From contig OY764073.1 of NCBI GenBank assembly GCA_963668035.1, positions 4,743,308 through 4,807,307 on the forward strand: a stretch of DNA of 64,000 bases, read 5' to 3'. A program made the translations under genes and the position numbers. Each line of letters begins with the position of its first letter. Position 1 is the first letter of the stretch. Shown here piece by piece: positions 58,414 to 64,000 of this stretch. Below the pieces are notes generated by a model. That model did no database searches and was not told the DNA's origin. It saw only the letters and a list, made by a program, of their open reading frames with translations. Source of the DNA: Candidatus Poribacteria bacterium. GTDB lineage: Bacteria > Poribacteria > WGA-4E > WGA-3G.

Positions 58414-61400
58414 ATGGTGCAACCAACGTTGTTTATTGGCCTCGGAACAACCGGATTGAATATTCTTAAAACGCTCCGTCAGTTCATGTTTGAGGAATAT
58501 GCGACGGGCGGTTTGCCGGTGTTTCGCTATGTTGCGATCGAGACTGACGAAAGAAATACAGACTCACAACAGGGCGAAGCTTACGAGCAAATTGACGTGG
58601 TTCACGCTACGATTGGAAGCACTAACCCCATTGGCCTCAAACTGAATCGTGATGAGACATCTTATTACAACCCTGATTTGGAAGACTGGCTTGAGGCCTC
58701 CCTTCTAACTGAAATTACAAGCTTTCGAGAGGGGGCGCGCAACATTCGCATGGCCGGTAGGTTGTGTTTGTGGGAAAACTGGAACGACATGCGTGATACG
58801 ATCCATCGTGCCTATACGGATATGGTAGCAGACGAATCACGCCGTGAAACTGAGCGGATTTTGACCCAATACTATAACACCAAAGGTTTGGAGTGTCCTG
58901 CACAACTGGTAGATCTGGGAAATATTAATGCTTATGTCGTCGGTTCGCTTTGCGGTGGTTCTTGCAGTGGTATGCTCATTGAGGTCGCATACTTCCTCAG
59001 AAATCTTTTGGGTGACCCTAAAACTACCCAAATTTACGGTATGTTCACTATGTTCGACAAGGATCTAGTGATGGAACCGGGGAAAGATGCTGCGGTGCGT
59101 GCAGCCAATTGCTATGCCAGTCTTTGGGAACTCAATTACTACAGTCATATCGATACGACTTACAGCGTTACCACGCCGAATGGAGAACGGCTTGCCGAGG
59201 CGGCGCAGCGGCCTTTCAATTACACAATGCTGGTCTCTCGTACTGGGAAAAATCCTAACATCAAATTCACGAGACCTGGTATCTCTTTTGATGAGGAAGG
59301 TTTGAACCTGATGGTCGCTCTGAATCTCTTTGCCGAAACCGCCGGAGATACGGTTGAGACCAAGGGGGCTATCCGTACAGATTGGGCAGGTTTCGCCGGT
59401 TATGGCGAATTAAAATCTGGTGCAATGGGTGAAATTCCTGTCATGATAAGAGATATGGCGAGTTTTGGGTTAACCGCAGTATGGTATCCGAAATATAGGA
59501 TTGCCAATGCTGCTGCCTGCTTAGTTAGCAAAAGCTTATGTGAGAGTTGGTTGGACCAACATACATCTAAGGCTGATATTGCTGCAGATGTTGAAAAGGC
59601 ACAAGATACGATCATCCGCGGGAATCTGGGTATCCTCGCGCGTCCGGCAGTAGCCGGAAGACCCTCACTGGATTCAGAAATCGAAAATCTGCTTAACGAG
59701 GTGCGTACACGGTTTAGTCAGGCACCCTCCAATACATTGGAATCCGAGGTGCGTGCGTTTCCAAAGGGTGAAGGGGGTGCTTTCAGAGCCAGATTTGCCG
59801 AAGGCGGAACCTATTTCAAAGCGATGCAAGAAAATCTCGCTGCGTGCAAAGCCGCATTGCTTAATGAAATTGATGAGTCTTTCAACAACCAGTTAGCAAG
59901 GATTGATTTAGAGGGGACATACGGTTTAGGCGATGTGCGGGTCTTCTTTAGGGAATTAGCAGATGCTATCACCAGAACGAGGGACCAATATCCTGCGGAG
60001 CCGCCTACTTTAGAGTTCAGCCAACTTGATTTTGGACCGATGCGGGGTGCTGAAAAGAATTTTTGGACGAAAATTACCGGTAATCAAGAGGATGCCGTGA
60101 ACGAACACCGGGAAAATTTAATGCAGAGCTATAGGCAGTTGATTACCGGAGACCGGGGAATCTTCCGAAAACTCCGCGGTTACTTTCTGCGCCAAGCTTT
60201 GGATGCCGTGCTCGCTAAACTCGGTTTTCAGGTTCACACCGATGATTCATCTGAATCCACAATCCAACAGGAATTGGATGAACTTCAGAGAACGCTCAAT
60301 AATTGCGTTCAGACATTTGAGGAGACGTACCAAGATAGTGTGCAACCGCCAAGCTCTGAATGTGTCCGAATTGTGACGCTCAATCCTGAAAACGAAATTA
60401 GCAAGGATACCGAGGACCTGAGCAAAACCGTTAACGGAAATCGAGCGAACGCGGGATTGTTCGATCGAGATGGGACGGCCTCTTTCTTGAAGAAAGGGCA
60501 TGAGGACATCACATATCACCTGAGTGAAACCTATCGTCGTTCGGCGTTGCGCGAACTCGATCGGGGAGGCGCAGGAAGAGCACAAGTTGTTGCAAAGGCA
60601 CGGGAACTTTTAGATGCCGAGGGTAACCAGATTGAAGCGTTGGCTGTCCGATCCAATCCTTACCAAAAGTTTGCTGACACCTACCAACCCTTTAAATTGG
60701 CAGTAGAGCCGAAGATTATCTTTGGACATGACTCAACAGGTGAACATTTAGCACACCTCAGAGAACGTCTGCAGTTTGACCGTATCGGCAGTTCTCCTAT
60801 TGACCACCTTCTCTTTTTCTACGAGGAGGAAGCCGGTTTTGCCTTAGATGACTTGGATGCATACGCAGCCCTTAGATCTCAATTTGAGGCTTGCCCAGGG
60901 AAATACGGCCATTCTACGCATCAAGATGTGAACTTTTACGATTTGGAAATTCCGCACCGAAGCAAACGGTTAGAGCGTTGGTGTCAGGCACTCACGGCTC
61001 TTGTTCCTTTAATCTCGGCATCTGATCCGGAGGCGTTCGTAGGCGTATTTACGCAGACACCGAGCGACGATATCTTGTTTGAATACCAGATTGATGGCGT
61101 AAATAGAGCACTTTCTTTGTTCAATGAAGAAGGGATTAGGGAACTCTGCCAGGCAGAAAACGAGAGCACTTATGACAGGTTTTTTGAATCAGTAGAGGCA
61201 GCATTGAAACGACTGGGGCGTGAACGAATTGAAAAGGTCGTCAATGAAAGACTACTGACCAAAGTTGAAAATATTGAGGAACGGAATACGTTGTCCGTTT
61301 TCTACGCTGAGTTTTTGAAGGATGTCTATCCAGATGCTGGATTCGAGACACATGATAATGCAGGTTCACAAGACGATGCACATGCTAACGTTGAATCCGA

Positions 61401-61704
61401 GGCCCCGGCAGCTTCCGAAACTGAGGACAGTGCTTTTAAATTTGAAGACATACTCTATCTCCAAACGGTTGTCCAAAAGCCGATGGGAGATTGGACAACG
61501 GAAGAACAAGCGTTGATGCGGAACTTTACTTTTGAAGATGTGCTGCGGCTCCAAGCCGTTTTCCAAAAACCGATGGGAGAATGGACACCAGAGGATCAGG
61601 CGTTAATGCAGCGTTTTAAACAAAATTCTGCAAGCACCGAACCTTCAGATGGATATGACTCAGAGGGCACTGAAGGCACTGAGTCTCACGGCACTTTGGC
61701 GTAG
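58414..61704 (+). CDS. Giant (1096 aa) protein with an N-terminal tubulin/FtsZ-like GTPase-like region and a C-terminal tandem repeat
   Basis: A strong RBS AGGAGG precedes the start. LFIGLGTTGLNIL resembles the T1 loop IGVGGGGNN. GGSCSGM resembles the T4 loop GGGTGSG. The C-terminal repeat FKFEDILYLQTVVQKPMGDWTTEEQALM / FTFEDVLRLQAVFQKPMGEWTPEDQALM appears twice. Confidence 0.45.
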   Translation: MVQPTLFIGLGTTGLNILKTLRQFMFEEYATGGLPVFRYVAIETDERNTDSQQGEAYEQIDVVHATIGSTNPIGLKLNRDETSYYNPDLEDWLEASLLTEITSFREGARNIRMAGRLCLWENWNDMRDTIHRAYTDMVADESRRETERILTQYYNTKGLECPAQLVDLGNINAYVVGSLCGGSCSGMLIEVAYFLRNLLGDPKTTQIYGMFTMFDKDLVMEPGKDAAVRAANCYASLWELNYYSHIDTTYSVTTPNGERLAEAAQRPFNYTMLVSRTGKNPNIKFTRPGISFDEEGLNLMVALNLFAETAGDTVETKGAIRTDWAGFAGYGELKSGAMGEIPVMIRDMASFGLTAVWYPKYRIANAAACLVSKSLCESWLDQHTSKADIAADVEKAQDTIIRGNLGILARPAVAGRPSLDSEIENLLNEVRTRFSQAPSNTLESEVRAFPKGEGGAFRARFAEGGTYFKAMQENLAACKAALLNEIDESFNNQLARIDLEGTYGLGDVRVFFRELADAITRTRDQYPAEPPTLEFSQLDFGPMRGAEKNFWTKITGNQEDAVNEHRENLMQSYRQLITGDRGIFRKLRGYFLRQALDAVLAKLGFQVHTDDSSESTIQQELDELQRTLNNCVQTFEETYQDSVQPPSSECVRIVTLNPENEISKDTEDLSKTVNGNRANAGLFDRDGTASFLKKGHEDITYHLSETYRRSALRELDRGGAGRAQVVAKARELLDAEGNQIEALAVRSNPYQKFADTYQPFKLAVEPKIIFGHDSTGEHLAHLRERLQFDRIGSSPIDHLLFFYEEEAGFALDDLDAYAALRSQFEACPGKYGHSTHQDVNFYDLEIPHRSKRLERWCQALTALVPLISASDPEAFVGVFTQTPSDDILFEYQIDGVNRALSLFNEEGIRELCQAENESTYDRFFESVEAALKRLGRERIEKVVNERLLTKVENIEERNTLSVFYAEFLKDVYPDAGFETHDNAGSQDDAHANVESEAPAASETEDSAFKFEDILYLQTVVQKPMGDWTTEEQALMRNFTFEDVLRLQAVFQKPMGEWTPEDQALMQRFKQNSASTEPSDGYDSEGTEGTESHGTLA

Positions 61705-61727
61705 TCATAAAAGAGATAATTGATTAT

Positions 61728-64000
61728 GGCAAACACGATATGTCCGAAATGCAATGTCGATTGGGAAATTCTCGCGCAGGATCAATATTGCGGTTATTGC
61801 GGTCATAAAGTTTTTGATTTTTCGGTGGAATGGGATGGCAAGAAAGAACCGCTCTTTTATGAAAGTCAAAGTGGAGGCGAACAGTCACTGACACTTCTCG
61901 TAAAAAATACGGGTGTTGCCCCGATTACGTTTGAACCGCTTCAGATGCCCCCGGGAGAAGCGGTTCAGGTGTTAGGCGAGAATAAAAAATTTAAAGTCGC
62001 GGCTAACCAAGCCCGCGCGCTTGCACTTTCTATTAATTCCGGAAAGTTGACGAGCGAGCCGCTTCAGATGCTGACAGTGCGGCCACAAAAAACGTCCGCC
62101 GAACTTAAAGAGGCGCGATTGACATTTCGGGCGTTACGGCATCCCGACTTTAAGCTGACACCCAGTTTTCTCCCGATTCGTTATCACAAAAACACGAAAA
62201 CGAAGACAGTGGACCTGCGGCTTGAGGTCGCGCGCAGCGAATTTTATATCTACAAGATTGAATCCGCGCAGGCATGGATCAAAGACATTGCGTTTGTTGA
62301 CTTTACGCCGCAAGAGCGTCTTGGCGAAAAACAGACACCGAAAAGCATCCGCCTGGAGATTGATTGCAACGCTCTCAAAGACGGACTCAATAAAGCGATG
62401 TTAGTTGTTCAGCTGCGCGGGATTCCTGAGCCCATACAACAGGAAATTCGCTTCAATGCGGAGGTGCAACCTGACCCCCCGGCACTATCTGTCCAGCTGC
62501 CGACATCACATCTTGAAGTCCATCAGAACAGGAAAAAAAGTTACCCTTTGACGCTTAAGAATGAAGGGGAGCTGCGGTTGGACATTTCAAACATTAGTTT
62601 CAGCGATTCTCCGTACCTCGTCCAATTGGCGGATGTCGACCTTCCCATACATATTGAGGGAGGGAAAGAGCTGCAGCTGGACTTGATGGTATCTCCGGCG
62701 GACATTCAACCGCAAACGTACCCTATCGACTTCGTTGTTACCTCCAATTGTGAGCGCGCACAGCAGTATCAAGATGTGCTGCATGTAACAGTCAAACCCC
62801 AAGAAGTGTATCCACATCATCTCGCGATTGATTTTGGGACAACAAATTCCTGTTGTGCCTACATCGATACAGATTATAAAATAATACTTCTCCCACTCGA
62901 TAGCGAAGCGGATCCACCGGATATTATGCCTTCATCCATTATTTACCACGACCACCCTGAAAACGAAAAGACATACCAGGTTGGATACGACGCTGAGACG
63001 CAACGGACGGGTGCTGATAGTCCGTATTATGTCTCTTCTGTGAAAAGGTGGTTAGGGTATGGATGGCATCGGCAATTTCCGAACAACATGGCGTTGCAAC
63101 CGCGCGATGTGGTCTCGGATATCCTCAAACACATCATCAACACGGCAGCAGATTATCTGGAGCAACAACACCTCCCTTCGAAGGTTCAGAGATGTGTCGT
63201 TACATACCCGACGATGTTTACCCGACAGCAGCAGGACGACTTGAAAGAAGCTTTTAAGAATATCGGTATCTCCGAACTCATCCTTATTGATGAAGCTTCA
63301 GCAGCCTCCATGGAGATCATCTTTAAAAAACAGGAAACCTTACAAAATAACTACAGACTGTTGGTCTATGATTTCGGAGGTGGCACCATTGATATCGTTC
63401 TCTCTCAGGTAACAATTGATGACAACGATATCACCATTGAACCGATCGCCCGCGGCGGAAGTCGCAGATACGGCGGCGACGACGTAACACACGCAATCGT
63501 TGACTTTATCCTCCAGGAATTCAAGGCGCGAATCCAAAAGGCACATCCAGACCTCAATTTCGACATCCCATATTTTAAACCCAAGCAGATTGTGAAAATC
63601 ACTGGAAATGAGGAGATTGATAGAGCGACATACAGTAACGTCGCTAGCTTGTTCCGACGCGCGGAGGAGATGAAAAAAGAACTGAATACACAAACGGAGA
63701 CAGAATTCTTTTTTCCTTTGGAGGTTAGCATCGAAAATGAGGTACGTAGCTCTAATGAACTCACCCAAGACGTTTCAGGTGTGAAACTTTCAGCGGAACA
63801 ATTTCGAGCGTTTATTGAACCTGAACTCAAGGAAACTTTCGCAAATATTGATGCAATGCTTGCTGAAAATGACGAGCTTTTACCCGATACCGTAGTCCTT
63901 GCCGGTCAGTCATCCAGAATGCAATTAGTTAAAGATATGATGGCAACCCATTTCCAGGAAAAATATGGGAAAGCGGTTGAGATCGAACTTAATCAACAGC
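61728..64000 (+). CDS. Hsp70/DnaK-family ATPase with an N-terminal zinc ribbon and Ig-like region (3'-truncated by the window end)
   Basis: The N-terminal CPKC...CGYCG is a zinc ribbon. The phosphate-1 motif AIDFGTTNSCCAY, phosphate-2 VYDFGGGTIDIVL and adenosine motif VVLAGQSSRMQLVKDMM are all present. The ORF is open to position 64000, which is why it is not in the complete-ORF track. Confidence 0.75.

Overview
This is a 64-kb bacterial chromosomal segment of roughly 50% GC with AGGAGG-type ribosome-binding sites. No rRNA, tRNA or CRISPR array was recognised. Housekeeping genes are a partial upstream gene plus a SAM methyltransferase, an A24 prepilin-peptidase-like membrane protein, a multiheme cytochrome c fusion, ilvE, hisF, murJ, thiD, thiE, rsmB, rpsT, ogt, a Cys/Met PLP enzyme, a four-gene amino-acid ABC transporter and an SDR. 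Between them sit lineage-specific secreted or repeat proteins: an ECF sigma factor fused to a transmembrane helix and a BNR propeller, a signal-peptide WD40 protein carrying near-identical intragenic DNA repeats, a tandem paralog pair, and a barrel-FlgD-like-SPOR protein. Two accessory islands stand out. The first (about 24.2-37.0 kb) is AT-rich and bounded by a 15/17 direct repeat. It holds a composite CBASS locus: a Hjc-like small nuclease, a patatin CapV, a 519-aa CD-NTase, a Cap5 HNH-SAVED effector, a second 322-aa SMODS cyclase and an E2-like protein with two SEC-C zinc fingers. A divergent fused HTH-ImmA/IrrE regulator (CapH/CapP-like) with a palindromic operator, and a Type IIG restriction-modification fusion enzyme, lie alongside. 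The second (about 50.0 kb to beyond the window end) has no described counterpart that I can name. It encodes a ZorA/MotA-like proton channel with a long coiled-coil tail, a ZorB/MotB-like OmpA-domain anchor, a zinc-ribbon beta-propeller-like protein, a membrane-anchored vWA protein, a small membrane protein, a 1096-aa tubulin/FtsZ-like GTPase candidate with C-terminal tandem repeats, and a zinc-ribbon-fused Hsp70-family ATPase truncated by the window end. A PD-(D/E)xK protein and a DUF3800-like protein precede it. Several families of short repeats and hairpins (MITE-like 155-bp elements, GTAGGG...CCCTAC hairpins, CAATTGAAT motifs) are scattered through intergenic regions. All calls are from reading the sequence and motif recall; no database search was run.
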